Source: an uncultured Clostridia bacterium (GTDB lineage Bacteria; Bacillota; Clostridia; Christensenellales; CAG-314). From it: a DNA stretch of 64,000 nucleotides. The notes under the pieces are model-generated. The model searched no databases, was not told where the DNA came from, and saw only the letters and a list, made by a program, of their open reading frames with translations. The stretch lies in the NCBI GenBank assembly GCA_947053925.1, contig CAMRUG010000006.1, forward strand, positions 4,350 through 68,349, in the 5' to 3' direction. This document shows, piece by piece, positions 55,200 through 64,000 of this stretch. The stretch's first letter is position 1, and each line of letters opens with the position of its first letter. A program made the translations under genes and the position numbers.

Positions 55200-56224
55200 T
55201 TATTCTCCTTACCAATCAAATCAATAACGATTTCGCTTATCTTATCCAGTACCGACAATACCTTTTTATAATTCATACGCATAGGTCCTATTACGCCGAT
55301 TGACCCGCTGATATTTTCGCCTAGACTCACACGGGTAGACACCACCGAGCACCCGTCGGGCGCAGAATCGTTTGCGCCTATCTTAATCGTAACACTGCCG
55401 TTTTCGCCGCCGTCGTAAGTAAACATTTCGGCAATTTTTTCTTTGTCCTCTATCTCCGTCAAAAACTTTTGCGCCGAACGTGCGTCGTAGTATTCGCTAT
55501 GCTGCAAAATCTTACTTTCGCCGTAAGTTTCAACGTCCATTCCGCCAAACAGAGATTGCTTTTTTAATACGTCGATAATCTTTTTAAACAACGCGTTAAA
55601 TTGAGAGAATTCGTCGTTTACCAGTGCGTACGGATAGTTGAAATTTATAAATTCCGAAACGTGTTTGCCGACAAACAGTTTGTTGAGCCAACGCTCTGCC
55701 TGCATAACCATTTGCCCGTTAAAGTCGTCGGGAATATCCAACATTCCGTCCTTAAGTACACGCGAATCGGTAACTATTACAACCAGCATTTTGCCGTTAG
55801 ACAAATCCAACAGTTTTATAGCCGTTATCGTATCCGACATATCCTCCTTAACAACTACAGCCGTGTAGTTAGTTATATCGGATATTATCCGCGTTACCGC
55901 CGTCATAACGTCTTCAAGAGTGCTTATCTTGCGGCTGAAATGACGTTCGATTTGTTCGACTTCGGCAACGGTTAAATTGTAGTCGTAAGCAAGTTCGTTT
56001 ACATAAAAGCGGAATGCCTTTTCCGACGGAATACGGCCTGCCGATACGTGCGGCTGAATCAAATACCCCATACTCTCGAGAGCCGACAACTCGTTACGGA
56101 TAGTAGCCGAAGAACATTCCGTAAGGTATTCCTGCTGAATATCTTTACTGCTCACCGGCGTAGCCTTGTCTATATAACCGTCCACTACCGCGCACAGTAT
56201 TTTTTTCTTTCTGTCGGATAACAT
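55196..56224 (-). CDS. hrcA: heat-inducible transcription repressor HrcA
   Basis: LSDRKKKIL...PVSSKDI...SSATIRNEL..LE..G N-terminal wHTH. The ATG at 56224 is preferred over the TTG at 56242. Confidence 0.9.
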   Translation of the reverse strand: MLSDRKKKILCAVVDGYIDKATPVSSKDIQQEYLTECSSATIRNELSALESMGYLIQPHVSAGRIPSEKAFRFYVNELAYDYNLTVAEVEQIERHFSRKISTLEDVMTAVTRIISDITNYTAVVVKEDMSDTITAIKLLDLSNGKMLVVIVTDSRVLKDGMLDIPDDFNGQMVMQAERWLNKLFVGKHVSEFINFNYPYALVNDEFSQFNALFKKIIDVLKKQSLFGGMDVETYGESKILQHSEYYDARSAQKFLTEIEDKEKIAEMFTYDGGENGSVTIKIGANDSAPDGCSVVSTRVSLGENISGSIGVIGPMRMNYKKVLSVLDKISEIVIDLIGKENK

Positions 56225-56258
56225 TTGTCGTTTACCTATCAACGTTTTTTATTGAGTG

Positions 56259-56285
56259 TTAGCACTCTTGACTATCGACTGCTAA
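56259..56285. promoter_or_regulatory. CIRCE operator (HrcA binding site)
   Basis: TTAGCACTC-N9-GACTGCTAA, one mismatch to TTAGCACTC-N9-GAGTGCTAA. Confidence 0.85.
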
Positions 56286-56296
56286 TTTATGCTTCT

Positions 56297-56325
56297 AATA
56301 TACCACTATATGCCCGTTGTGTCAA
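56297..56325 (-). promoter_or_regulatory. sigma-A promoter of the hrcA operon
   Basis: The minus strand reads TTGACA-N17-TATATT, with CIRCE immediately downstream. Confidence 0.7.
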
Positions 56326-56416
56326 ATGTTTATACCGATTTTTTCAAAAAATTATATTTTGACATTATTCGGCAAAACTGCGATAAAAAAATTTACTGTG
56401 CTAAAACGTTTAGACA

Positions 56417-56445
56417 TTGACCGACATACCGATAATGTGTATAAT
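56417..56445 (+). promoter_or_regulatory. sigma-A type promoter
   Basis: TTGACC-N17-TATAAT, about 315 nt upstream of the next plus-strand gene. Confidence 0.45.
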
Positions 56446-56760
56446 AAAAGAAGAAATAAATAATAAATACTTTATCCTATAAACGCATAGCATATAGCTA
56501 TAAAAATACGTTTAACAATACATAATCGCCAAACTGTCGTATTGAATTTGATAATAAAAATAAGCGAGTTTTTATAGATAAATTATTTGCCTCTCGTTAA
56601 AATTTACAGTCATTAACTTCTCGACACGGCGAGATATAAACAATGTGCATTTTACAATCATCGCTTGTCGGTTATAATAATGAATCGGTACGGCACCATC
56701 AATCACACGCACAATGCTTTGAGAATTTTAAAATTTCATTACTAAACAAAGGAGAAAATT

Positions 56761-57348
56761 ATGTTTGAAAAAATGACAGTCGAACAATATTGCGAGATAT
56801 TATCGAGCAAAGCCCCTGCACCCGGCGGCGGAAGCGCGTTGGCTCTTGTCGGCGCTACCGCTTGCGCGCTTGTCGAAATGTCAATAAACGTAACCGTAGA
56901 AAAATTATCGAAAGACGACGAAAAATACGGTTATTTAACCCGTGAATTAAACGCCTGCAACCGAGCAAGAGCGTGCCTATACAAACTGTCCAACGACGAC
57001 GCAACGGCATATCAGCGCATTGTAGACGCCCGCAAATTACCCAAAACAACCGATGACGAAATAAAATCGCGCACAAACGCACTGCAAAAAGAATTTCACA
57101 AGGCAACGCTTGTTCCGTTGGACGTTATGCGCCTGTGCTCGGATATAGCCAAGCGCGCCGAAAGCCGGGTATTGCCTAATTTGTCTAAATACATTGTGTC
57201 CGATTGCGAAATAGGCATAAGTTTACTTAAAACTGTAATGAGATTTTCAATCGAAAACGTTCACGCGAACACTTGCTTTATTAACGATGAAAATTTAAAA
57301 AGCAATCTTGAAAAACAAGCGCAAGAGATATTGGCGCAAGTTAAATAA
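56761..57348 (+). CDS. cyclodeaminase/cyclohydrolase family protein (FTCD C-terminal / FchA-like)
   Basis: LSSKAPAPGGGSALALVGATACALVEM signature. RBS AAAGGAGAA. Confidence 0.8.
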   Translation: MFEKMTVEQYCEILSSKAPAPGGGSALALVGATACALVEMSINVTVEKLSKDDEKYGYLTRELNACNRARACLYKLSNDDATAYQRIVDARKLPKTTDDEIKSRTNALQKEFHKATLVPLDVMRLCSDIAKRAESRVLPNLSKYIVSDCEIGISLLKTVMRFSIENVHANTCFINDENLKSNLEKQAQEILAQVK

Positions 57349-57371
57349 TTAAACAAAACGGATAAATCTTA

Positions 57372-57410
57372 ATCTGCGTTTCCGTATAATTTGGAAACGC
57401 AGATTTTTTA
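57372..57410 (+). terminator. intrinsic terminator
   Basis: 12-bp stem ATCTGCGTTTCC / GGAAACGCAGAT followed by T6. Confidence 0.8.
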
Positions 57411-57459
57411 TAGGTTTTTACCATAAAAGTTTCAGAGAAACCGTTCAGCGAAGATAATG

Positions 57460-57520
57460 TTTTATTGTGGTCCTTTCGCAACGAAACTTGTCTGTCGCCA
57501 ACTGCAATCTTAAATTCAAG
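57460..57520 (+). repeat. terminator-adjacent dispersed repeat, copy I
   Basis: TTTTATTGTGGTCCTTTCGCAACGAAACTTGTCTGTCGCCAACTGCAATCTTAAATT, about 50 nt after the terminator T-run. Confidence 0.55.
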
Positions 57521-57628
57521 CATTGCGTGTGTATGAACAAGCGCCAAGTCTTTATTTTAAAATTTACTCAACTTTGTTCCACCATTAAGCGAATACACAT
57601 TTTTCTTGTCGTCCTTTACACTGTACGA

Positions 57629-58510
57629 TTAACCATTATGAAAGCCTTCAAAAATATAGTTTACTATTTGTCTTTGTCGGTCATTGAGTTTATCGGCAAT
57701 ATATTCGCAATCGACTGTATTAAGCGGAGTTATTTCTATTGCAGAACTGCCTTTACTTTCAATATATTTGTGAATTTCAAATACTTCTTCCGTAAATCCT
57801 TTAACAGACGTATTAGGATTGTTTAAATTTACTTCCTTGCCGTCATAAATTATTATATACTCGAAGACGTCAACGTTGCCGCTATTGTCGTGATGAATAT
57901 TGACCTTGACTGTTTCTATGTCGTTATAGTCGATACTAGTTTCGTTTAACTGAAAAAACTTAGAATACGTTATACCGTTTTCGTTATAGTAAGCATAATT
58001 ATTAGTGCCTAGAATTGTAAACGGAAATACGATAATAAAAGTAATCAATAGGAGAATATAAGTACGTTTATATGTTTCGTTGCGCCCTGTTACGTTAAAT
58101 AAATCACGCGTCGATACTTCGAAAAACGGCTTTTTAATTGCAAGCGGTATAACGTTCATTCCGATAAAAATATTCAGAAAAAACAAACAAATTACACCTA
58201 TAACACTTGTTCCGAACATAATAACGCTTCCGTTTACAAATATCCATCTTTGCAATCCGTATAAAACTAACGCTTCAATAGCGGTAAGAATTAAAGTAAA
58301 CAACAAACCAACCGTACCGTATTGATGACTGAGCGACTTGAAAGGTATGTGGTATTTTTTAGTCGCTACAAGCTTATCTCCCTGCGCCACTAATTCTTCG
58401 TGTTTATATTTATCCGGATATTTAACAATATCTCTAATTTTAAGAGCAATTAAAACAATTGCCGAAATATAGACTACCGCCGAAACAACTAAAAATACTG
58501 TGTTTTTCAT
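57629..58510 (-). CDS. hypothetical polytopic membrane protein with a C-terminal soluble domain
   Basis: 293 aa with about 5 TM helices followed by ~110 hydrophilic residues. RBS AGGAGA. Confidence 0.5.
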   Translation of the reverse strand: MKNTVFLVVSAVVYISAIVLIALKIRDIVKYPDKYKHEELVAQGDKLVATKKYHIPFKSLSHQYGTVGLLFTLILTAIEALVLYGLQRWIFVNGSVIMFGTSVIGVICLFFLNIFIGMNVIPLAIKKPFFEVSTRDLFNVTGRNETYKRTYILLLITFIIVFPFTILGTNNYAYYNENGITYSKFFQLNETSIDYNDIETVKVNIHHDNSGNVDVFEYIIIYDGKEVNLNNPNTSVKGFTEEVFEIHKYIESKGSSAIEITPLNTVDCEYIADKLNDRQRQIVNYIFEGFHNG

Positions 58511-59061
58511 ATTTATCTCCTAATAATACACATTTTGTTTGCAATAATCCAAGTCTGTCCGTGATTAACAATACAAATTACGTTAAAAATGCTTCAATCA
58601 AATCGAATTTTTGGGCAAACAATAAGACTCCTGCAAAAATTTGCCTGAGTCTTGTTTTTAATCTCTTACCGAGTTGTATTTCAAACTGTGTTGACGATAC
58701 AGAGTAACGCTTACGCGCAAAACTACTCCCCCATGCGGACGCTGTTAACCGCTTTACAATAATATTTTACCATACCCTATAATAACAGTCAATATTTACC
58801 GCGGCATTTTACTATAAAATCGGTATTACGATGACTTAAATGAAATTTATAGTTTTTTTCACGTCTAACAGAAAAAGGACTCAACGCTATAAATTGTTTG
58901 TTTAAAGAAAAAATGTGTATTACGTTAGCGCAACTAACTTAATACACATTAAAACTGACTACTTAATCGAACATACTTTAAAGTTAAAAAATTTTGAATT
59001 ACAGTTTTAGAAACATTGTATATTTACAAAAGTTTTTAACTTGTGGCATAAGTCAAAATGA

Positions 59062-60852
59062 TTAGTCTTTTTTCAACTCCGCCTTTATACGGCGTACTCC
59101 CGATGACGAAGACTGTTCCTTTGTAATAACAAACCGCCCCAATTCTCCCGTATTCTCGGCGTGAGGCCCTCCGCAAATTTCCTTGCTGAAATCGCCCATT
59201 GTGTATACTTTTACCACTTCGCCGTATCTGTCGCCGAAAAGTCCTATTGCACCCGTCTTGCGCGCTTCCTCTATCGGTAATTCTTCGCAAGTAACAGGCA
59301 GTTTGCGCGCAATCGCTTCGTTTACAAGACGTTCGGTCTCGGCAATCTCATCCGCCGTCATAGGACGTGAAAAACTGAAATCGAAACGCAGACGTTCGGG
59401 AGTTATATTACTACCCTTTTGTTTAACTTCGTCGCCTAACACTCTGCGCAATGCCGCTTGCAACAAGTGCGTTGCCGTATGCAGATGGGTAGTTTCCACT
59501 CCGCCGCCTTCAGCCATACCGCCTTTAAAACGCTGTTCGCTGCCTGCGTGAGACTTTGCCTGATGTTCGGCAAACTTCTGTTTAAAGCCTTCTACGTCAA
59601 CGGTATATCCGTTTTCTTGGGCAAGTTCCACCGTCATCTCCACAGGGAAACCGAATGTGTCGTACAGTTTAAATGCCGTTCCGCCCGATACCGTTTTGGT
59701 CGGAATATGCGAGATAACTTTAAAAAATTCTTTTTCGCCCGCAACAAGCGTCTTTGTAAATTTTTCTTCTTCCTTGTTAAGTTCGTCTATAATTTTTGCG
59801 GAATTCTCCGTCAATTCGGGATAGGCGGTTTTGTATACTTCTATATACACTTTCGCAATTTCAACTATGCTTCCCTTAGGCATTCCGAGCGAATTTGCCT
59901 TTCGTACAGCCCGACGAATCAAACGGCGCAAAACGTAACCTTGGTCTACGTTACTAGGAGTAACGCCAACGGGGTCGCCGAGAAGAAACGTTGACGTGCG
60001 GATATGGTCGGCGATTATACGCATTGCCTTTGTCGTAACGTCGTCCTGTCCGTAAGTTTTGCCCGAAAGTTTTTCGATTTTTGCCAACGCGTCTTGAAAC
60101 AAGTCTATATCGTATACCGATTTCATTCCGTTTAAAACGCATACGGTACGCTCAAGTCCCATACCGGTATCGACGTTTTTCTGAGCAAGCGGCAGATATG
60201 TGCCGTCTGCCTGACGGTTAAACTGCATAAATACGTTATTCCATATTTCTAAGTACTTACCGCAGTCGCAACTAGGATCGCAATGCTCAGAGCACGCAGG
60301 TTTGCCCGTATCCCAAAAGATTTCCGTATCGGGTCCGCAAGGTCCAGTTGTGCCTGCTATCCACCAGTTGTTAGCCTTCGGAAGATAAAATATGCGCTCT
60401 TTGGGAATACCGCATTCCTCCCAAACTCTTGCCGAATCGACGTCGCGTTTTGCGTCATCATCGCCGGCAAAAACAGTTACCGACAAGCGGTTGACGTCCA
60501 AGCCTAAATAATCTTTTCCCGTCAAAAATTCGTAACTCCATTTTATCGACTGCTCGTTAAAGTAATCCCCTAGCGACCAGTTTCCTAACATTTCAAAAAA
60601 AGTAAGGTGAGAGTCATCACCGACTTCTTCTATATCGCCTGTTCTGACGCACTTCTGCACGTCGCAAAGGCGCGTTCCGTTAGGGTGTTTTGCTCCTAGC
60701 AAATAAGGTATTAACGGATGCATTCCCGCAGTAGTAAACAAAACTGACGGATCGTTTTCGGGGATAAGACTCGCCGACTTGATAACGGCGTGTCCGCGCT
60801 CTTTAAAAAAGCCTAAATATTTTTCTCTTAAGTATTGAGAAGTAATTTTCAT
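59062..60852 (-). CDS. alaS: alanine--tRNA ligase, compact form lacking a C-Ala domain
   Basis: Class II core (FTTAGMHP, GNWSLGDYF, GPCGPDTEIF) and an editing domain (HTATHLL ... CGGPH). The ORF stops about 30 aa after CGGPH, at 596 aa. Confidence 0.85.
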   Translation of the reverse strand: MKITSQYLREKYLGFFKERGHAVIKSASLIPENDPSVLFTTAGMHPLIPYLLGAKHPNGTRLCDVQKCVRTGDIEEVGDDSHLTFFEMLGNWSLGDYFNEQSIKWSYEFLTGKDYLGLDVNRLSVTVFAGDDDAKRDVDSARVWEECGIPKERIFYLPKANNWWIAGTTGPCGPDTEIFWDTGKPACSEHCDPSCDCGKYLEIWNNVFMQFNRQADGTYLPLAQKNVDTGMGLERTVCVLNGMKSVYDIDLFQDALAKIEKLSGKTYGQDDVTTKAMRIIADHIRTSTFLLGDPVGVTPSNVDQGYVLRRLIRRAVRKANSLGMPKGSIVEIAKVYIEVYKTAYPELTENSAKIIDELNKEEEKFTKTLVAGEKEFFKVISHIPTKTVSGGTAFKLYDTFGFPVEMTVELAQENGYTVDVEGFKQKFAEHQAKSHAGSEQRFKGGMAEGGGVETTHLHTATHLLQAALRRVLGDEVKQKGSNITPERLRFDFSFSRPMTADEIAETERLVNEAIARKLPVTCEELPIEEARKTGAIGLFGDRYGEVVKVYTMGDFSKEICGGPHAENTGELGRFVITKEQSSSSGVRRIKAELKKD

Positions 60853-61205
60853 TCTTTTATTTCCTTGTGTATCAATATTATTTTTATATCAATCTAACTT
60901 GATATGTTTTAACCGCAAACTGTGCGTTTTACATTCCTGCTATTAAAGATTATTCTCTTGTCCGTAAACACGCAAAAAGCAAAATTTCGGCGCACAAACG
61001 TTTGACCTTGCCAAAATTACGAATAACACGGGGTTTTAATACTGTTTAAACATTGCAAGCCGACTTGCACAGGTTAGTTTTACATTTAGCCCCTAACTAA
61101 GATTTTGCGACTATTTTTATTTGGCTTTTAACGTTACGAAAGACCGATTTTTAACAAAGCGGTCTTTCGGTTGTTTTATAATTTGTGCAGTTAAATGCTA
61201 CAAGA

Positions 61206-62483
61206 TTAAGCTGTTTTTTCTTTGAGTTTCTTTGCTTTTGCCAAACAAGAATACAGCCAGAATACCCAGTAATAAACGGGAATAATAAACAGTGCGTAAC
61301 CGTAATTTCCTGCGTGTCCGTCATGCAACGGAGTAAAGAATTCTTTAATTGTAGCAAACGTTTCGTTGCTTTCGGGCAAGTATTTAGAACATACCATAAC
61401 CGTAACAAGCAAAGTAGTTACAATCGCAAGTATCAAGAACAATATGTTCATATTCTTAGAACGTCTTTGCGATATAATACGGATAATGCAAACTACTAAA
61501 TGGAATGCCGCAGTGATGATAAACAATGCTACCAATGCAATCATAAAGAATATTGCCGAGCCGACAGATTCCATAATATAACTGAACATTTGAGCGTTTA
61601 CGAGATCGGGATTAGCTTTAAATTCCTTAGCAACGCGAATGATTTCGGCAATGCAACTGTAACCGTACATATAATGTGTATCGCCGTTCGTGTTTTCGTT
61701 GCCTCCGGTATTGTCTCCCGTGTTATCGCCGGATCCGTCGCCTTCGGTTCCACCGGTCGGAGGAGTAGGTTCTGTATCTCCGCCTTCACCTTCGTTTCCG
61801 CTTCCTGTCGGAGGAGTGGGATCAGTATCTTCACCGCTACCGGAAGGATCGGTTGTTGTTCCGTCATCGGGCGTTGTTACATCCGTTCCGTCGTCTGCCG
61901 CGGGAGGTGTAGCTTCGCCGCTCGAATCTTCGACATAGTTATAAAAGCCCTTGTCGAATTTTACCAAAAATGCAGGACGCGCGGTTGCCGGAGCTATAAC
62001 CAAATAGCAAAATACCGCGAGCAACAACATCGCAAAAATCGCAAAACCCCTACCGCCTTTTTTACTGTATACGGGCTTTTTCTTTTTGGATGAATTTGTT
62101 GCCTGTTGTTGTTGAACAACAGGCAGTTGCTCTTGATGCTTTTTATCGCGTTTCTTATCCTTTTTGTTGGTAGACTCAACATTGACGCGTTTAGGCTCTG
62201 TTTGCTGCAAAGTTACAAACGAATATCCGCAAGCGCAAATATTGTCGTCCGCGTTAATTTCCTTACCGCATCTGGGACAAATTTTAGTTTGTGCGCCTAC
62301 TTTCAATGTTGCGCCGCAATTACGGCAGAAATTAGCCAAAGACGAATTACGCGTATGGCACTTCGGACAAACTACTGCTTCTTCGGGCACTTTCAGCTGC
62401 GCACCGCATCTCGAACAATACTTTGCGTTCAGAGAATTGGAATTACCGCAACGCGGACAGATATTGAAACTGTTAGAAGTCAT
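61206..62483 (-). CDS. zinc-ribbon (x3) membrane protein with a low-complexity ectodomain
   Basis: Three CxxC-N9-12-CxxC units at the N-terminus, a basic linker, a TM helix, a D/T/G/P-rich repeat region, and three more TM helices. Confidence 0.7.
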   Translation of the reverse strand: MTSNSFNICPRCGNSNSLNAKYCSRCGAQLKVPEEAVVCPKCHTRNSSLANFCRNCGATLKVGAQTKICPRCGKEINADDNICACGYSFVTLQQTEPKRVNVESTNKKDKKRDKKHQEQLPVVQQQQATNSSKKKKPVYSKKGGRGFAIFAMLLLAVFCYLVIAPATARPAFLVKFDKGFYNYVEDSSGEATPPAADDGTDVTTPDDGTTTDPSGSGEDTDPTPPTGSGNEGEGGDTEPTPPTGGTEGDGSGDNTGDNTGGNENTNGDTHYMYGYSCIAEIIRVAKEFKANPDLVNAQMFSYIMESVGSAIFFMIALVALFIITAAFHLVVCIIRIISQRRSKNMNILFLILAIVTTLLVTVMVCSKYLPESNETFATIKEFFTPLHDGHAGNYGYALFIIPVYYWVFWLYSCLAKAKKLKEKTA

Positions 62484-62494
62484 AAGATATCTCC

Positions 62495-63355
62495 TTATTT
62501 TTTTCTCTTTTTACCACATTTAGAACAAAATTTATCATCTTTATCGTTTGCAAAACCACACTCTTTACAAACCCATTGTTCCACCGAATCGGGGGCAGTA
62601 TGGTTAAACGACCATCTACACTTAGTACAGAAAGTACTGTCAATAGCATTCTCTGCACCGCAGTTTGGACAATAAGATTTCGGCTCGTCCACTTCTAATT
62701 TTAAACCGCAGTTTACGCAAAAAGGTTCTTCCCTATTATTCAGTGTTCCGCAGTTAGGACATATTAACTTTTTACCGTCAAAGTTTTCTAAAAATGCTTG
62801 CCTTACCGTTACTTCTCCTAAGTGCTGACTTTCGTGCACAACCTGCATTTCTTCCGTTTCCGAATCGGCAAGAGAACAATAACAGTACGAACAGTAATGA
62901 GATTCTAACGAATTGGGTCTGCCGCAATGCGGACAAACTTTACGTTGCACTACACGGTGATCGTGCAAATCGGCAACGCTTGCGCCGCACTTGTTACAGA
63001 ATATTGCCGTCAACGGAATTATCGCTCCGCACGAAGGACACTTTGCTGTCTCGGACGGCGTCATAACAACGTTTCCGTACGAATTGCTTATTTCGTTTAC
63101 CGCATCAACCGGCTCTAAAACTATATCGTCAGTTTCGGCAATACTGGGCGCAGGATTGTAGTCTTCGCTAACGTCCACAGCAAGAGTAGCGCCGCAATTG
63201 ATACAGTGAGTATACGATTTATCGTTTACTTCGCCGCAATTTTGGCAAACCGTCTCTTGTTGATATATGAAGTTAGTATAACCGCAATTACAACAATATG
63301 TCGAATCTCCGGTGTTTATCTCTCCGCAATTTTTGCATACTTTCATCGTATTCAC
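62495..63355 (-). CDS. soluble protein built from seven zinc-ribbon units
   Basis: Seven CxxC-N9-12-CxxC units (for example CKNCGEINTGDSTYCCNCG and CPNCGAENAIDSTFCTKCR). Its stop lies 11 nt upstream of the next gene's ATG, with AAGGAGA in the gap. Confidence 0.7.
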   Translation of the reverse strand: MNTMKVCKNCGEINTGDSTYCCNCGYTNFIYQQETVCQNCGEVNDKSYTHCINCGATLAVDVSEDYNPAPSIAETDDIVLEPVDAVNEISNSYGNVVMTPSETAKCPSCGAIIPLTAIFCNKCGASVADLHDHRVVQRKVCPHCGRPNSLESHYCSYCYCSLADSETEEMQVVHESQHLGEVTVRQAFLENFDGKKLICPNCGTLNNREEPFCVNCGLKLEVDEPKSYCPNCGAENAIDSTFCTKCRWSFNHTAPDSVEQWVCKECGFANDKDDKFCSKCGKKRKK

Positions 63356-63433
63356 CCAAAAGTTAAAACCTACAACTTAAATTATATACTATCATATAAA
63401 TTTTGTCAATGCCAAAAAGCACAGGCGTTCGCT

Positions 63434-64000
63434 TTACTTATTTGCGTTAAAACTGTCTTTTAAGCCTACAATTTCATTAAATACAAGTTTATTTCCGCAA
63501 GAATCCTTGTCCAAAACATAGTATCCTACGCGCATAAACTGGAATTTATCCTCGACTTTGGCAGATTGCAGACTTTTTTCCGCTTTACAGTTTACTACTT
63601 TCATACTGTCGTAATTGTAACGCTCGTTAAAATCGGTTATACCGTCTACAACGTCGGTAAGCAAACTTTGTAACTTTCTTACAGTAACGTCGATACAAGT
63701 TTCGGCGTCTACCCACTGTATTACGCCTTTGACCTTTATTCCGCTTTCATCGCTGCCCGACTTACTGTTTAAAACAACCGAACAACGCAGTTCTTTAACC
63801 TCTCCGTCGTCGCCCAATACGGCTTCGTCGCAATGGATAATGTACGCGCCTTTAAGTCTTACATATCCGTCAGGCTTTAAACGGTAGTACTTTGGCGGCG
63901 GAACAAGCGCGAAATCGGACCTGTCTATATACAGCGTTTTAGAAAACGGTACGCTTCTATACGTTACGTTTTCGGCGTTTGGATTGTCTTCCACAGACAG
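63434..64000 (-). CDS. glnS: glutamine--tRNA ligase, C-terminal part (truncated by the window edge)
   Basis: A class-I GlnRS anticodon-binding beta-barrel pattern (YRLKPDGYVRLKGAYII...IKVKGVIQWV). The ORF is open to the window end. Confidence 0.8.
   Translation of the reverse strand: MSVEDNPNAENVTYRSVPFSKTLYIDRSDFALVPPPKYYRLKPDGYVRLKGAYIIHCDEAVLGDDGEVKELRCSVVLNSKSGSDESGIKVKGVIQWVDAETCIDVTVRKLQSLLTDVVDGITDFNERYNYDSMKVVNCKAEKSLQSAKVEDKFQFMRVGYYVLDKDSCGNKLVFNEIVGLKDSFNANK

Noticed and set aside
58620-58760. A yybP-ykoY (Mn2+) riboswitch upstream of the membrane protein at 57629-58510, suggested by a minus-strand GGGGGAGTAG motif plus GTCAACAC and CAAGAC segments.
   Set aside because: The flanks cannot form the P1 helix required by the class (the 5-prime GCATGG has no complementary 3-prime partner). 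GAGTA instead pairs locally with TACTC, and the downstream gene is not a known Mn exporter type. The match is probably chance; an Rfam scan would settle it.
59036-59290. An 84-aa minus-strand ORF overlapping the alaS 3-prime end.
   Set aside because: It is an alternative frame of the same strand inside alaS, Arg/Gly-rich, with no RBS.
60853-61205. A T-box leader upstream of alaS.
   Set aside because: There is no AGAGA/GNUGGNA-type T-box sequence and no terminator/antiterminator pair. The only hairpin (61137-61169) looks like the terminator region of the upstream gene, and its T-run is on the wrong strand.
61500-62675. Plus-strand ORFs of 197 and 189 aa opposite the zinc-ribbon genes.
   Set aside because: They are antisense to genes with regular CxxC...CxxC periodicity, and their Cys/Arg-rich translations merely mirror that periodicity.
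1-64000. CRISPR arrays, rRNA genes, integrases, transposases and IS elements.
   Set aside because: I found no regularly spaced 25-40-nt direct repeats, no rRNA-like conserved blocks, and no ORFs with recombinase or DDE motifs. The accessory patches therefore cannot be called mobile elements on present evidence.

Overview
This is a 64-kb window from a low-GC Firmicutes/Clostridia-type genome. It looks like a spore former, because it carries an intact pro-sigma-K gene and a CwlD-type amidase. Intergenic regions are unusually long and AT-rich, and most genes lie on the minus strand.

Core content:
- A glycogen/maltodextrin operon (malQ-glgB-glgP-GH13).
- The heat-shock block hrcA-grpE-dnaK-dnaJ, with a CIRCE operator and a consensus promoter.
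- prmA-mtaB-HIT-rpsU, recX and tcdA.
- A compact alaS and a partial glnS.
- One tmRNA and one tRNA-Val(CAC).

Accessory content:
- An ECF-type sigma / secreted cysteine-peptidase / membrane-protein operon.
- A paralogous peptidase plus tandemly duplicated lipoprotein genes, inserted between dnaJ and prmA.
- A GNAT N-acyl amino acid synthase-like gene, a SLOG(DUF1273)/XRE pair next to the tmRNA, and a transglutaminase-like lipoprotein.
- A DUF2130 / small-ORF / XRE patch beside the tRNA, a frameshifted KilA-N gene, and two adjacent multi-zinc-ribbon proteins.

The most unusual signal is not a gene. It is a dispersed ~55-65 nt element with at least nine copies in the window. Eight of the nine begin at the T-run of a terminator-type hairpin and the ninth lies about 50 nt beyond one. 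The element carries repeated ATTGTCG motifs and a conserved hairpin.

Other non-genic signals:
- A DnaA-box cluster away from any dnaA gene.
- A consensus promoter followed by a ~100-nt leader and terminator upstream of an EamA transporter.
- A G8 tract upstream of the transglutaminase lipoprotein.

No CRISPR array, rRNA, integrase or transposase was seen. All family assignments rest on motifs read by eye; no database search was run.
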